Source: Candidatus Methylomirabilales bacterium
GTDB lineage: Bacteria > Methylomirabilota > Methylomirabilia > Methylomirabilales > CSP1-5
Direction of reading: 5' to 3'
Assembly (NCBI GenBank): GCA_046758505.1
Contig: JBHIAH010000006.1
Coordinates: forward strand, 10,517 to 74,516
Length of the DNA: 64,000 nt
This document shows positions 28,330 to 38,949 of the stretch, piece after piece; positions within the stretch are counted from its first letter, which is position 1, and each line of letters opens with the position of its first letter. Under the pieces are notes generated by a model. That model saw only the letters and a program-made list of their open reading frames with translations, was not told the DNA's origin and searched no databases. The position numbers were made by a program, and so were the translations under genes.

Positions 28330-29214
28330 TCAGCGGAGAGCAAGAGCCCAGCAGCAGATCAGCACCGCGAAGGCGGCACTGCCGAGGGCCCACTGAACGC
28401 GAGGTCCCGGCCGACGGGGCACGGCCAAGGCGACGACGAGCCCCAGGCCGCCACCCACCAGGAGGCCAAAAAGGTGAGCCCACAGGTCGGCGCGCTTCCC
28501 CATCCCCAGCATCGCAAGGAGGGCCAAACCGGCCGCGATAGGCACCCAGGCCCGGCGCCCATGCCTCGCTCTCCGCCGGCGCCGCACGACCCCCAAGCCC
28601 ACGAGCACCCCAACCGCACCAAACACTGCGGTAGACGCTCCTACCGAGACGTGAAGGGACCCGTGCACAAAGGCGTTTACGAGATTCCCTCCCGCACCCG
28701 CGAAGAGGACGAGGGCAGAGCCAAGTCCCGAACCCAACAAGCGACAAACAGCGCCCAGCACGACGGCCCCGGCGATCGCGTTGGCTACCGCGTGTCCGAG
28801 ATCGGCGTGCAGCGTAAGCGCGGTCACGATCCGCCAGATCTCACCGAGAAGAATCCGCTCGGCGTCGGCGCTACCCCGCTCGAACCAGTATACCCCCGGA
28901 TCCCACGGACCGGTCACAAAGAAGAATGCCAGAAGCACCCCCGCGACCCCGAGTCCCGTCCACAGGTGTCCAGCTCCGGCCGGTTCCTCGCCCTCCTGAG
29001 GCTCTATCGGGTTCTCGTGCTCGTAGGCAGTGAGGGCGGCACCAGCCCTTTCCACCTCTTCGGCCGGCACGCCGAGGACATAACCCTCCTGCGCGGCCCG
29101 CACCCTCGGGGTGAGGCCCTCGGCGATGAGCACCAGCGCCCACTCCTCGGCGAGCGCGCGCTCGGGAGCGACCCGTAGTGGAATCTCTGATTCCATATTC
29201 ATGGTATGCGTCAT
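28330..29214 (-). CDS. Rhomboid intramembrane serine protease
   Basis: WR..TALTLHAD..H..AN, GAST.VFG, AHLFG. Confidence 0.9.
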   Translation of the reverse strand: MTHTMNMESEIPLRVAPERALAEEWALVLIAEGLTPRVRAAQEGYVLGVPAEEVERAGAALTAYEHENPIEPQEGEEPAGAGHLWTGLGVAGVLLAFFFVTGPWDPGVYWFERGSADAERILLGEIWRIVTALTLHADLGHAVANAIAGAVVLGAVCRLLGSGLGSALVLFAGAGGNLVNAFVHGSLHVSVGASTAVFGAVGVLVGLGVVRRRRRARHGRRAWVPIAAGLALLAMLGMGKRADLWAHLFGLLVGGGLGLVVALAVPRRPGPRVQWALGSAAFAVLICCWALALR

Positions 29215-29270
29215 CTGAGGCGTTCGCTACGCCCAACGCGCTCGGACGCCTTTGTGGGATAATCGGAGCC

Positions 29271-30209
29271 TCAGGACCATTGCTCGATAGTGATTAAGGC
29301 GTGCGCGATTCTCTGTTTCAGCGCCTGCGCCGACTCTGGAGTCCAGTCGTAGAAGCCCTGCCCCGTCTTTACCCCGAGCTCGCCTCGTTCCACTTTCCCC
29401 TTCAGCACGGGCGATACGTCAGGCGAGGATGCCAGATGAGGAAAAAGTCCCGAACTCATGGCCAAGAGTAAATCCCATCCCGCGACCTCAAAGACCTCAA
29501 AGACGCCAGCCACCGCCCAGCGGCGTCCGATGCTGTTTTTTATCACGGTATCCACGTCTTGTGCCGTAGCGACGCCGTTTTCAACGAGCCAGAGCGACTC
29601 CCGAAGCAGCGCCCCCTGCAGGCGATTCACGATGAAACCGGGAACCTCTTTCTGCAGGATGACGGGACGTTTTCCAATTTTTGCCAGCAGGGCAAAAATG
29701 GTTGCGACGGTTTCCTCGGATGTCGCAGGGCCTCGCACGATCTCAACAAGCGGGATGAGATATGGAGGATTGGAAAAGTGCGCTACGAGCACCCTGTCGG
29801 CCCGCCGGATCCCCGAGGCAAACGCACTCGGCATCAACGTAGACGTAGTGCTCGCCAGGATCGTGCGGTCTGGACACGTCCTATCAAGATCCCGAAAAAT
29901 CCGGTGCTTGAGTGCCAGGTCCTCATACACGGATTCGATGACCACATCGGTACCTTCGACCGCCTCGGTCAGCACCGTGCTGGTATGAATCTTCGCCGGG
30001 ACGGACTCGGCCTGCTCGCGGGTTACCAATCCAAACCCCATGAGTCTTTCGAGGTTATCCCGAATATTTCGGGTGGCCCCTTGCACACTGTCTTTGGTGT
30101 GTGAGTGCAGGTGGACCTCATAGCCGGCAAGGGCAAATTCCTGGGCAATTCCATGTCCCATCAAGCCGGCACCAACAACCGCTATCCGCCTGATCTCATC
30201 GGCGTTCAC
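29271..30209 (-). CDS. 3-hydroxyacyl-CoA dehydrogenase family protein
   Basis: GAGLMGHGIA, AHFSNPP..PLVE, PGFIVNRLQ, LGVKTGQGFYDW. Confidence 0.9.
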   Translation of the reverse strand: MNADEIRRIAVVGAGLMGHGIAQEFALAGYEVHLHSHTKDSVQGATRNIRDNLERLMGFGLVTREQAESVPAKIHTSTVLTEAVEGTDVVIESVYEDLALKHRIFRDLDRTCPDRTILASTTSTLMPSAFASGIRRADRVLVAHFSNPPYLIPLVEIVRGPATSEETVATIFALLAKIGKRPVILQKEVPGFIVNRLQGALLRESLWLVENGVATAQDVDTVIKNSIGRRWAVAGVFEVFEVAGWDLLLAMSSGLFPHLASSPDVSPVLKGKVERGELGVKTGQGFYDWTPESAQALKQRIAHALITIEQWS

Positions 30210-30290
30210 AAGACCCTCCTTTTCTCGAGCTACAGCTATCAATACCCGATGTCTGTAGGAACCTCGTGTATTCGAATCCCGCCAACACGC

Positions 30291-30632
30291 TCAATGTGGA
30301 CCCAGCCAGCCGACCTTGACTAAATTCACACGTCCTTGTCGGTCAAAATAAATCCCCTCTGCTTCCAGCAACTGACGCTGCCGCAGCTCGCCGTCCCCGC
30401 CCCCGCGGCGACTGATCTTGCCCTGGCGGTTGATCACCCGATGCCAGGGAACATCGGCATCATCGGGAACCGCAGCCATGGCATATCCGACGATTCGGGC
30501 CGTACACCGACCTACGATTTTTGCAACCTGACCGTAGGTCGCCACCCCACCGGGCGGAATGTGACGAACAACGGCATATATCCTTTCATACAGGGGAGCC
30601 CCTCTCACCGAACGTGTGAACATATTTGTCAA
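30291..30632 (-). CDS. Alkyltransferase-like (ATL) protein
   Basis: [16 protein letters not shown] (Trp replaces the MGMT active-site Cys). Confidence 0.85.
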   Translation of the reverse strand: MTNMFTRSVRGAPLYERIYAVVRHIPPGGVATYGQVAKIVGRCTARIVGYAMAAVPDDADVPWHRVINRQGKISRRGGGDGELRQRQLLEAEGIYFDRQGRVNLVKVGWLGPH

Positions 30633-31090
30633 TACATCCGTCTCTGCTTTTCCACGTACCGTTGATGATAGTCTTCCGCCCGATAGAACGCCGATGCGGG
30701 CGTAATCTCTGTCACAATCGGTTTCCGATACCGCCCGCTCTTCTCCAGCTTTTCTTTACCCGCGATGGCCGCAGCTTCCTGATCGCAGTTATGAAAAAAT
30801 ATGGCAGATCGATACTGCGTGCCAATGTCCGGTCCCTGCCGATTGAGCGCCATGGGGTCATGGACATTCCAGAACACTTCCAAAAGATCCTCGTAGGACA
30901 CCTCGGAGGGGTCGTACTCGACCTCCACCACCTCAGCATGTCCGGTCTTCCCCGAGCACACATCTGTATATGTCGGGTTTTCAAACGTTCCTCCGAGATA
31001 CCCCACCGTCGTTGACACAACTCCCGGAACCTTTCGAAACGCAAATTCGACTCCCCAAAAACACCCTGCTCCAAACGTGGCCTTTTCCAT
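30629..31090 (-). CDS. msrA: Peptide methionine-S-sulfoxide reductase
   Basis: [36 protein letters not shown]. Confidence 0.95.
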   Translation of the reverse strand: MEKATFGAGCFWGVEFAFRKVPGVVSTTVGYLGGTFENPTYTDVCSGKTGHAEVVEVEYDPSEVSYEDLLEVFWNVHDPMALNRQGPDIGTQYRSAIFFHNCDQEAAAIAGKEKLEKSGRYRKPIVTEITPASAFYRAEDYHQRYVEKQRRMY

Positions 31091-31158
31091 TGTTTGTATG
31101 CCCTCCAATGATTTTCCGACTGCCAGGTTGGCAACGACACCTCTTGCGCACACGTCGC

Positions 31159-31602
31159 TTAGAAGACTTCCCCCGTCCGAAACGCGACACCCATCATGGC
31201 GAGAAGAACTGCAATGATTGTCACCGCAATGATGTGAAAGGCAAGATTCCCCATATTGTGCGAAGACAGATGGGGGGCAATTCGCACGCGCGCATCAACT
31301 GCGAGAGTGACCGTAAGAACGAGAAGGGCTACCTTGGCAAAAATGAGCGTGGATACAGGGTCTTCGAATGAAAACCAGCTGGAGACATCCGGAACCAGTT
31401 GATATGCGAGCCAGAAACCTGTGGCGACTTGAAGGAGCAGGGCCGGAAGTCCAATCCGTTCGAACCCCGAGTCGAACTCGAGGATCAACGCGGGATCGCG
31501 ACGCCTCAGGGCCTTCGGTAGCACCGTCATCGCAAGTACAAGGTGTCCCCCTGTCCACACTGTGGCCCCCAACACGTGAAGCATCAGAAGATATTTATAC
31601 AT
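31159..31602 (-). CDS. CopD-like membrane protein
   Basis: [13 protein letters not shown]; four TM helices. Confidence 0.7.
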   Translation of the reverse strand: MYKYLLMLHVLGATVWTGGHLVLAMTVLPKALRRRDPALILEFDSGFERIGLPALLLQVATGFWLAYQLVPDVSSWFSFEDPVSTLIFAKVALLVLTVTLAVDARVRIAPHLSSHNMGNLAFHIIAVTIIAVLLAMMGVAFRTGEVF

Positions 31603-31670
31603 CGATCCCCTTCTACACCTACTTTGATTCAGGCGCCTACCGAAGGCGTGCGATGTGTACGGGAAAGATA

Positions 31671-32009
31671 CTACAGGGGCTCATCACGGTACCGTTGCTC
31701 TTGGAAGATCGTGGACAGCGTCCAGAACGTATCAAGAATCTCCCCTGCACAAATCCTCATCTCTCCCTTCGTGGCGGCGCCACTTACCTCGGACATCAGG
31801 GCCTTGATTGCGGCCATGATGTCCAGGATTTCAGCCCGATCGGATTTCGCAGCGATGCAGTTTCGCACGTCGTCTATCAGCGGCTTCAACCCGTGGTGTA
31901 ACCGCTTTGTGTACATCATCTGGGCTGTCAATCCCTGAAAGTCGGCGAGTCCCGCGGCGACCGACTCGAGGGCGTGAAGCAGTTTCTCTGCGTCCGCTTG
32001 AAGCCCCAT
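31671..32009 (-). CDS. Hypothetical helical protein
   Basis: 112 aa ORF with ATG, fills the intergenic gap in operon orientation. Confidence 0.45.
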   Translation of the reverse strand: MGLQADAEKLLHALESVAAGLADFQGLTAQMMYTKRLHHGLKPLIDDVRNCIAAKSDRAEILDIMAAIKALMSEVSGAATKGEMRICAGEILDTFWTLSTIFQEQRYRDEPL

Positions 32010-32120
32010 CTCTCTCTCGAAATATCGTGGCCCATGCAGCCTGCGTCACAAATCAACATTACGCTGTAGAAGGCCGCGCAGCGCACTCCTGTCGGCTTTC
32101 TTGCCCTCTGTGACGGCAAG

Positions 32121-32603
32121 CTAGATACCCAGCTCGACCACCTCCGCATCGAGGTTGCCATCGCGTATGCAGAGACGGGCCACCGAGACCGGCAGGGCGA
32201 ATCGCCGGGGACCGGCACTTCCCGGATTCAGGAACAGTACGCCGTCTCTCTCCTGAGCTCCAGGCCGATGCGAGTGGCCGGAAATCACGACGGTGAACCC
32301 GCCTGCCGCCGGATCGAGATCGAGTTCGCTCGGGTCGTGGAGGACATAGAGCGAGTGTTCGCCCACATCCACGACCTCGGTTTCCGGCAATGCCTCTGCC
32401 CAGGTGCCCTTGTCGGCATTACCCCGCACCGCGGCCACCGGCGCGATCTTTCTGAGCTCCTCCAGAACCTCGGGCTTTCCGATGTCGCCAGCGTGGACGA
32501 TCAGCGTAGAACCCTCGAGCGCGGCGACCGCTTCAGGTCGCAGCAGCCCGTGGGTGTCAGCGATGACCCCAACAACGTGATCAGCCTGTCGACCGGACCC
32601 CAT
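32121..32603 (-). CDS. YfcE-like metallophosphoesterase
   Basis: ADTHG, HAGDIG, RGNAD, GHSHRP, NPGSAGP. Confidence 0.85.
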   Translation of the reverse strand: MGSGRQADHVVGVIADTHGLLRPEAVAALEGSTLIVHAGDIGKPEVLEELRKIAPVAAVRGNADKGTWAEALPETEVVDVGEHSLYVLHDPSELDLDPAAGGFTVVISGHSHRPGAQERDGVLFLNPGSAGPRRFALPVSVARLCIRDGNLDAEVVELGI

Positions 32604-32814
32604 CCTTGGCCAACTCCTCCTTGTCCAGCACGCTGACGCTTCGTTCACCCGGCAATACTGAACCTACCATGCCCGCATACTTGTGTCGAGGCGCCGACGT
32701 CTTCACCGGCCAGACCGCAACCGAATGCGCATCCAGCTATTTTCGACCGGTGCGAGAACACGACCACGCATCCCGGCGGAAATCGCGAGGGGCGCAGAAA
32801 ACAGCAGATGAATC

Positions 32815-33387
32815 TCATTGCATTGCCCGGATCTCGGCGTGGCGAAAGCAGGCGACCAGATGATCGTTCACCATTCCGGCAGCCTGCATGAACGCGTAAC
32901 AGATGGTCGAGCCCACGAAAGTGAAACCCCGGTCTTTCAAGGCCTTGCTCATCCCGTCTGATTGCTTCGTCCGGGCGGGAATCTGCCGGATCGTTGCCCA
33001 CGAGTTGTGCCGAGGCATCCCGCCCACAAACTGCCAGATAAAGGCCTCGAACGATCCGATCTCTTCCTGGATCCGAAGAACTGCCTGGGCGTTGCCCACG
33101 GTGGCCGCAATCTTTTGTCTGTTCCGGACGATTCGGGGGTCTAACAGCAGCCGATCCATTCGGCGCGTCGTGTACCGGGCAATCTTGTTGGGCTCGAAGT
33201 TGTCGAACGCCCTGCGGAAGCCCTCGCGCTTGTTGAGGATAATCGCCCAGCTCAACCCCGCCTGGAAGGTATCCAGCACCATGTACTCGAAGAGCTTCCG
33301 GTCGTCGTGTACGGGTACGCCCCACTCTCGATCGTGGTAGGCGATCATCAGCGCACTCCCCTCGGCCCACCCGCACCGCTTGGTCAT
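32815..33387 (-). CDS. tag: DNA-3-methyladenine glycosylase I
   Basis: RCGW, YHDREWG.P, QAGLSW..IL.KR, FVG.TICYAFMQAAG.VNDH..C. Confidence 0.95.
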   Translation of the reverse strand: MTKRCGWAEGSALMIAYHDREWGVPVHDDRKLFEYMVLDTFQAGLSWAIILNKREGFRRAFDNFEPNKIARYTTRRMDRLLLDPRIVRNRQKIAATVGNAQAVLRIQEEIGSFEAFIWQFVGGMPRHNSWATIRQIPARTKQSDGMSKALKDRGFTFVGSTICYAFMQAAGMVNDHLVACFRHAEIRAMQ

Positions 33388-33643
33388 GGCCGCCGTCGCC
33401 CCCTCCGGCTCAATGGCTCAACCCGGCCATTATCCATTGTATTTTGTTCAAAGCCTCATGCGTTTGAGGTAAACAGCCGGGATTCGGCCATATCAATTCC
33501 ATGAACAGCCTCGTTATCAATCAGATACGAAACATAGATTATGTAATGGTTTAAGTTACTGTGTCATGGTCTTTCATTCAAATCGATACCGATTCCTCGC
33601 CAGACGCCGGATGGCCCCGCTGCACGCCATCACAGTTCCCCCT

Positions 33644-34507
33644 TCATGCCTCGGGATTCACCACCGTGAACAGCGCCGAATAATCCGCATCCCCCCAGCC
33701 CGCCGACACGGTCCGTTCCAACATGGCGCGGAGGCCGTGCAGGGCTCCCGTCTCAAGCCCCACGTACCTCGCCTCCTGCAGAAACAAATCGACATCTTTC
33801 AACAGATGGCGCGTAGGAAAGTTAGGGTTCGCATAATCGCGTTCCAACAGGCGTGACAGTTTCTTATCGAAGGTCGGGGCATAGAGGGCGCTGTCGCGTA
33901 CGAGAGACATAAAGGTCTCCACCGGGACCTGATCGCGGAGAACCAGGCCCAGGCTGAGCGCAAAGGCAGCCGTCAGGGAGGCGATCAGTTGGTTCAGGGC
34001 AAGCTTCGTGGCCGCCGCCTGCCCCACCGGACCGATAAGACGAGGGCTCGGGCCGAAGCATTGGAGGAGCCCCGACCATCGTTCAAGCTGCTCGGACGAG
34101 GCCCCAACCATCACGATCAGGTTTCCAGCCCGCGCCTCGGGGGTACTCCCCAGGACCGGGGCCTCGAGATACTCCCCCCCGGCCGCCATCACGTCCTGGT
34201 GGATGGCCCGACTTTCGCGAGGAGCGATGGTCCCCATCTGAATGACGGTGCGCCCCGCCAGTGTTTTCCGAGCGGCTTCCGAGAACAGGACCTGCCGTAT
34301 CGCCTGGGCATCTGCCAGCATGAGGATCACACATGTCGCCGAGCGTATGGCCTCCCCAGGCTGCTCCGCGATTACCGCCCCTTTCGACCGTAACGGCTCG
34401 GCCTTCTGCCGAGTACGATTATAGACCGCCACCTCGTGCCCTGCGGCCAACAGCCGCTCCGCCATCGGCTGTCCCATCAATCCGGTACCCAAGAGCGCAA
34501 TCTTCAT
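33644..34507 (-). CDS. Beta-hydroxyacid dehydrogenase (3-hydroxyisobutyrate dehydrogenase family)
   Basis: GTGLMG.PMA, YNRT, EAPVLGS, KLALN. Confidence 0.9.
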   Translation of the reverse strand: MKIALLGTGLMGQPMAERLLAAGHEVAVYNRTRQKAEPLRSKGAVIAEQPGEAIRSATCVILMLADAQAIRQVLFSEAARKTLAGRTVIQMGTIAPRESRAIHQDVMAAGGEYLEAPVLGSTPEARAGNLIVMVGASSEQLERWSGLLQCFGPSPRLIGPVGQAAATKLALNQLIASLTAAFALSLGLVLRDQVPVETFMSLVRDSALYAPTFDKKLSRLLERDYANPNFPTRHLLKDVDLFLQEARYVGLETGALHGLRAMLERTVSAGWGDADYSALFTVVNPEA

Positions 34508-34547
34508 GTCCTGCTCCCCACCCGTCCTGCGTTGCTCTGTATATGCT

Positions 34548-34877
34548 TCACCGACGACTGCGCGAGGCTTCCTCCTTGATCGCATCGAGGCTCACAACGG
34601 ACTCATCCCCGAGCACCTCGGCGCTGTGCACCGCCCCCCGCGGCACAGCAAGACAGTCACCGACCTCAAGGACGGCTGCCTCCCCTTCCATCGTCATGCG
34701 AAATCGGCCGGAGACGACTGCATCGATCTTGTCGATGGCATGCGTGTGCTCGGGAAAAGATGTCCCCGGTGCGTACACGTAGCGTGTCACGCGATAGCCT
34801 CGCTCCTCCAACTTCTGCCACAGTGCTTTTTCAGACAAGGGCCCATCCCGCTCTGCATCCCACCGCTCGACCCTCAT
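34548..34877 (-). CDS. Cupin domain protein
   Basis: FPEHTH..DKIDAVVSG, VPRGAVHSAEV. Confidence 0.85.
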   Translation of the reverse strand: MRVERWDAERDGPLSEKALWQKLEERGYRVTRYVYAPGTSFPEHTHAIDKIDAVVSGRFRMTMEGEAAVLEVGDCLAVPRGAVHSAEVLGDESVVSLDAIKEEASRSRR

Positions 34878-34974
34878 CGCTCCCCCCCCTTCATTCCGGC
34901 ACCTAGCTCATGACATTCCCGACCTACTATACCTAAATAACAAGGCACTTACACATATCTCTTAAAGTAGTCGT

Positions 34975-36222
34975 TCATGTTCCAACGTGACGAAGCATCG
35001 TCCGTTTCACCACGGCCTCAAGCGTCAGTCCCTGCACCACGATCGAAAAAATGACAACAGCATACGTGATCGTCAGAATCACGTCGCGCTCGGGGCCGAG
35101 CGGCAGCGACAACGCCAGGGCGACCGAGATACCCCCCCGAAGGCCGCCCCAGGTCATGATCCGGACCGCTCCCGGACTGAACGTTCGAAAGACGCGAAGC
35201 AGTGTGACCGGGATCCCGACGGCAACGAACCGGGCCACGAGCACAAGCGGAATGATGAGCAGGCTCGCCAGGAGGACCTGCTGCGTGAACGCAAGCACCA
35301 GGACCTCCAAGCCAATCAGCACGAACAACACTGCGTTGAGGATTTCGTCGACAAGTTCCCAGAAGACATCCAGGTGAGCGCGCGTTTCCGCTGACATGCC
35401 GAGTAGCCGACCGTGGTTTCCGACCAAAAGGCCCGCCACCACGATGGCAATGGGTCCCGAGAGGTGCAGCGCGTCGGCCAGTCCAAAGCCTCCGGCGACC
35501 GTGGCGAGCGTGATGAGGACTTCGACCTGATAGTTATCCACGCTCTTGAGCATCTGGTAAGCCACATAGCCCACTCCCAAGCCAAACAGCGCGCCCCCGA
35601 TCGCTTCCTGAACAAACAGCCGCCCGACGTGCCCGGCACTGACCTCATGGCTTCCGGTGGCAAGCTCCAGGATGACCAGGAAGAGAACGATGCCCACCCC
35701 GTCATTAAACAGGGACTCCCCCGCGATTCGCATCTCCAGGCTTTTGGGGACCCGGGCGGTTTTCAAGATACCCAGCACCGCAATCGGATCGGTTGGCGAG
35801 ATGAGCGCACCGAACAGCAGGCAGTAAGCATACGACAACACAATCCCGAACCATCCCAGTACCACCCACATCAGCGTCCCGACGAGGAACGCCGATATGA
35901 GGGTTCCGACCGTCGCCAGGGAGCCGATGCTCCACTTCCACTCCATCAAATCATTGATGTTGATGTGAAGCGCGCCGGCGAACAAAAGGAAGCTCAGCAT
36001 TCCCTGGAGCACCGTCTTGTCAAAGTCGATACTGCGGAGCAACGTCTCTGCCTGCTCCTGGAGGCCGAACCCGAACCATCCCAAGAGATTGAGCGTCAGC
36101 GACATCGCAAGGGCAATCACCATGACCCCGATGGTGATGGGCAGGCCAATGTAGCGGAAATTGATGTAGCTGAATGCGGCAGCCAGCGTGATTAGAATCG
36201 CAAGAATGCTAAACAGGTCCAT
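34975..36222 (-). CDS. nhaP: Na+/H+ antiporter (CPA1, NhaP-like)
   Basis: SPTDPIAV, GESLFNDG, TWGGLRGGISVALAL. Confidence 0.9.
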   Translation of the reverse strand: MDLFSILAILITLAAAFSYINFRYIGLPITIGVMVIALAMSLTLNLLGWFGFGLQEQAETLLRSIDFDKTVLQGMLSFLLFAGALHININDLMEWKWSIGSLATVGTLISAFLVGTLMWVVLGWFGIVLSYAYCLLFGALISPTDPIAVLGILKTARVPKSLEMRIAGESLFNDGVGIVLFLVILELATGSHEVSAGHVGRLFVQEAIGGALFGLGVGYVAYQMLKSVDNYQVEVLITLATVAGGFGLADALHLSGPIAIVVAGLLVGNHGRLLGMSAETRAHLDVFWELVDEILNAVLFVLIGLEVLVLAFTQQVLLASLLIIPLVLVARFVAVGIPVTLLRVFRTFSPGAVRIMTWGGLRGGISVALALSLPLGPERDVILTITYAVVIFSIVVQGLTLEAVVKRTMLRHVGT

Positions 36223-36499
36223 GCCAGGCCCTTGCAGGACTTATCGGCGTGTATGAGCTGCAGGGATGACCTATCGTTCCTGGCGGTCTCACGCTGAGCG
36301 GTGCAGAGTTGTAACGATGCTTACGGGTGTGAGGAAGAAAAAGGACCTTTTGGCCTGTCCTTCTCAGGATTGAATCTCGGGCAAGCCTAACTCTGCCGCT
36401 GGAGGACTTACGATCAAGGACCGCCTGACGGCTCTTGCTTGGACAGCCCGAGTCGCCGGCGCGAACCGCTCCGTGCTCCCTCGTGCGGTTGGGCAACTC

Positions 36500-36799
36500 T
36501 CACCCCACCACCGTGTAACGGCGGATGTCCGGCTCCACCGCCACGAGCGGCGGGAGCCTACCGGCAGTCTCTTTGAAGTGGTTGGTAGCGATGTGGGCTT
36601 TGAACGCCGCGTCGCTCTCCCACTCCTCCACAAAGGTAAAGTCGGTCGGATCCGCTTGATTTTGGAGCAATTCGTAGCGAACGCAGCCCGGCTCCCCACG
36701 GGTGGGCTCGATCAGGCGCGTGAGAACGGCGCGCAACTCGTCCACCTTCCCCGGCAGTGCCACGATCCGGGCGACGACTCTTACGGAATTCTCCGACAC
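36500..36799 (-). CDS. ABM-family (putative quinol) monooxygenase
   Basis: TR.EPGC..YEL, F.FVEEWES..A..AH...H. Confidence 0.85.
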   Translation of the reverse strand: MSENSVRVVARIVALPGKVDELRAVLTRLIEPTRGEPGCVRYELLQNQADPTDFTFVEEWESDAAFKAHIATNHFKETAGRLPPLVAVEPDIRRYTVVG

Positions 36800-37054
36800 T
36801 TCCCCCTCCTTTCCGCATTCGCGTGCAGAACCACACAAAGACCCCTTTCCCCTTGAACATCATGCGTCTGCTGCTGAGGGTGGCTGTGAGTGCCGCCCGG
36901 TTGACCGAATGTCGCGCAGCACATGTCCGAGCCCCCAGATGCTCTGAACCCTCGGCAAGTTCTTCACGCTGCCAACGATCGCATCCCGATCGTCCCCGGG
37001 ATCGAGGTCCAAGCGCTCACCCGGGCCACACTCCAAGGGGGGTCGCACTGGCTC

Positions 37055-37315
37055 TCAGCGCCATGCTGCCGGCGTGAATCGCTGTCGCACCATCCCGCCG
37101 AGATACTGGCCTGCAAAGTATGCGCCCACCAGTATCGGAAAGGTCGCGAGCTGCCATCCCAATCCCGAAAGGATTCTTAGGCCCGCCACCACGGGAACTG
37201 GCGCGTGCACAGCGACAAACCACGCAAGTGAAAACTTCCTCACGCCTGACCGCCAATAGCCAAATGGGACGTTGACCACTACCACTGCAATCGCTACTAC
37301 CCACACACTACCCAC
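37055..37315 (-). CDS. Small membrane protein
   Basis: NVPFGYWR..VRKFS..WF.AVH.PVP pattern; start approximate. Confidence 0.6.
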   Translation of the reverse strand: MGSVWVVAIAVVVVNVPFGYWRSGVRKFSLAWFVAVHAPVPVVAGLRILSGLGWQLATFPILVGAYFAGQYLGGMVRQRFTPAAWR

Positions 37316-37446
37316 AACGCTTCCACAATCTGACGTTGCGATAACCAACGGACAGCCGCACAACCCGTGCTTCCGGTCAACGGGGCACATCCGAAGCTGC
37401 ACGCTCTTTCACGCCTGCTACCAAACGCCCCGACTCAGCCTTGTGA

Positions 37447-37830
37447 TTACTTTTTTCTCTCTAGCGGCGCAAGAAAGAAGGTTTTGGCCGAACCAGAATG
37501 CACCCAAATCACGGCAATGAGGCCCCTGAGTCCGTAGATCTGCACCTCCCATACCCGGTCCCCTTTGCGCGCGAATCCTTTGATCTGAACGTCCAGCGTG
37601 TGAATGGAAACGACCTTGGCCGTCTGCAATGCGCGGAGCCCCCCCATCTCCTTGACGTAGGCTTTCACGGCTATCTTCCTCGCCTCCTCCTCTGTTGATA
37701 CCTTCGCTCCCTCTATCCGGAGAGGTGATTCCGCCAATGCGCTGAACCGTCGCAAAACACTCGTACCCTCGGAAACACCAGGCCGAACCACACTCATGAC
37801 AGTGGCGAGAATGATCACGAATCGCAGCAT
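37447..37830 (-). CDS. Hypothetical secreted protein
   Basis: N-terminal hydrophobic signal. Confidence 0.5.
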   Translation of the reverse strand: MLRFVIILATVMSVVRPGVSEGTSVLRRFSALAESPLRIEGAKVSTEEEARKIAVKAYVKEMGGLRALQTAKVVSIHTLDVQIKGFARKGDRVWEVQIYGLRGLIAVIWVHSGSAKTFFLAPLERKK

Positions 37831-37875
37831 TTTCCTACCCCAAACGCCTCCATACACTGGTCCGCGTTCTCGATC

Positions 37876-38232
37876 TCAGTCCTTCCGCCCAGCATTACCA
37901 TTCGTGTGTGTCTTGCGGGACCCCCTCATCAATCGATTCAGCTGCAGGGTAAATATTGATCCCACGAACAGGATTATAGAGGTCCCCAGGAGCCTCCACA
38001 CCAGCTCAGAATCCTTCGGTCCCCAAAGAAGGAGAATGCCGGTAGCCACACCCGTTAACACCGATACAAGACTGACAAGATAGCAGGTCTTATCAATCTT
38101 CGAGAATTCGATCATCATACTCCCAACCCCAAGCGAGTCCGGATACCCATATACACCGCGTGGTTCAAGCCGATTCGCAAACACAAATATGAGGATCACG
38201 ACAAAGACAGTTACTACGAGCAAGGATACCAT
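37876..38232 (-). CDS. Hypothetical membrane protein
   Basis: Three hydrophobic segments; GAGGA RBS. Confidence 0.5.
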   Translation of the reverse strand: MVSLLVVTVFVVILIFVFANRLEPRGVYGYPDSLGVGSMMIEFSKIDKTCYLVSLVSVLTGVATGILLLWGPKDSELVWRLLGTSIILFVGSIFTLQLNRLMRGSRKTHTNGNAGRKD

Positions 38233-38250
38233 TTCCTCCTCTATTGTCCT

Positions 38251-38658
38251 TCATAGCGCTCTACGACGTGCGGTTAGCGGGGAGCGCCACTCCTGCCATG
38301 CCCATTGAAGTCCTTCTCTAACAGCTTCACGGGAAGCTTTGCATCCGCAATGGCCTGGATGCGCCATCGCTTGCGCGGGCGGTTCGTCCTGCGGGTTCTC
38401 TCGAAAATACCAGATTATGCCGTTCGCCTGTTTCAGCCGGACAACTTCTTGTTTCAGCTCTTCAAGAGTCGAAGTCTTTCCGCTGAGATAAATCGTGCCC
38501 GCGCGGTCAATTTTCACTTTGGCAATTTCTTTGAACTCTTTCACTGCGGATCCATTTTGTGCCTGCTCAGCTCGCTGGTCAGCTCTTCGATCGCACCCGA
38601 CCCCAAAGAAAACTAGGCCAACAAGGATTACCCAAATGACCTGCGAGGCAGCCTCCAT
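38251..38658 (-). pseudogene. ExbD-like lipoprotein, apparent frameshift near 38371
   Basis: G.IYLSGK...LEELK; after QAMA the plausible tail IQAIADAKLPVKL continues in another frame. Confidence 0.5.
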
Positions 38659-38949
38659 CCTGATTCATGAACGATACGTACCATTCTCCGTAGCCAGCGA
38701 CCGACAGCGTCCTGAAATACCCTGCCGGCTCCGGCCAGCTGCCGTTGGCCTCGCCTCCTTTGGAACGAGATTCGAATCCTCCATCTTCCCTGTCTCGGGA
38801 GGCGTTGTAGGCAATATACCGGAGCTAGCCGAAGGGTTCAAGCGCTACCGGGCAAGCACGCGATCCGCTCAGCCTGATAGCCTTTCGGAATCTCTCAAAG
38901 AGATACGCGGATCCACAGAGAGATAGGGAGGATGGTGGGGGCTTTGCCG

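Noticed and set aside
30291..33387. Dedicated alkylation-repair operon (ATL, msrA, tag)
   Set aside because: Genes are common, interleaved with unrelated ORFs, and no shared operator was seen
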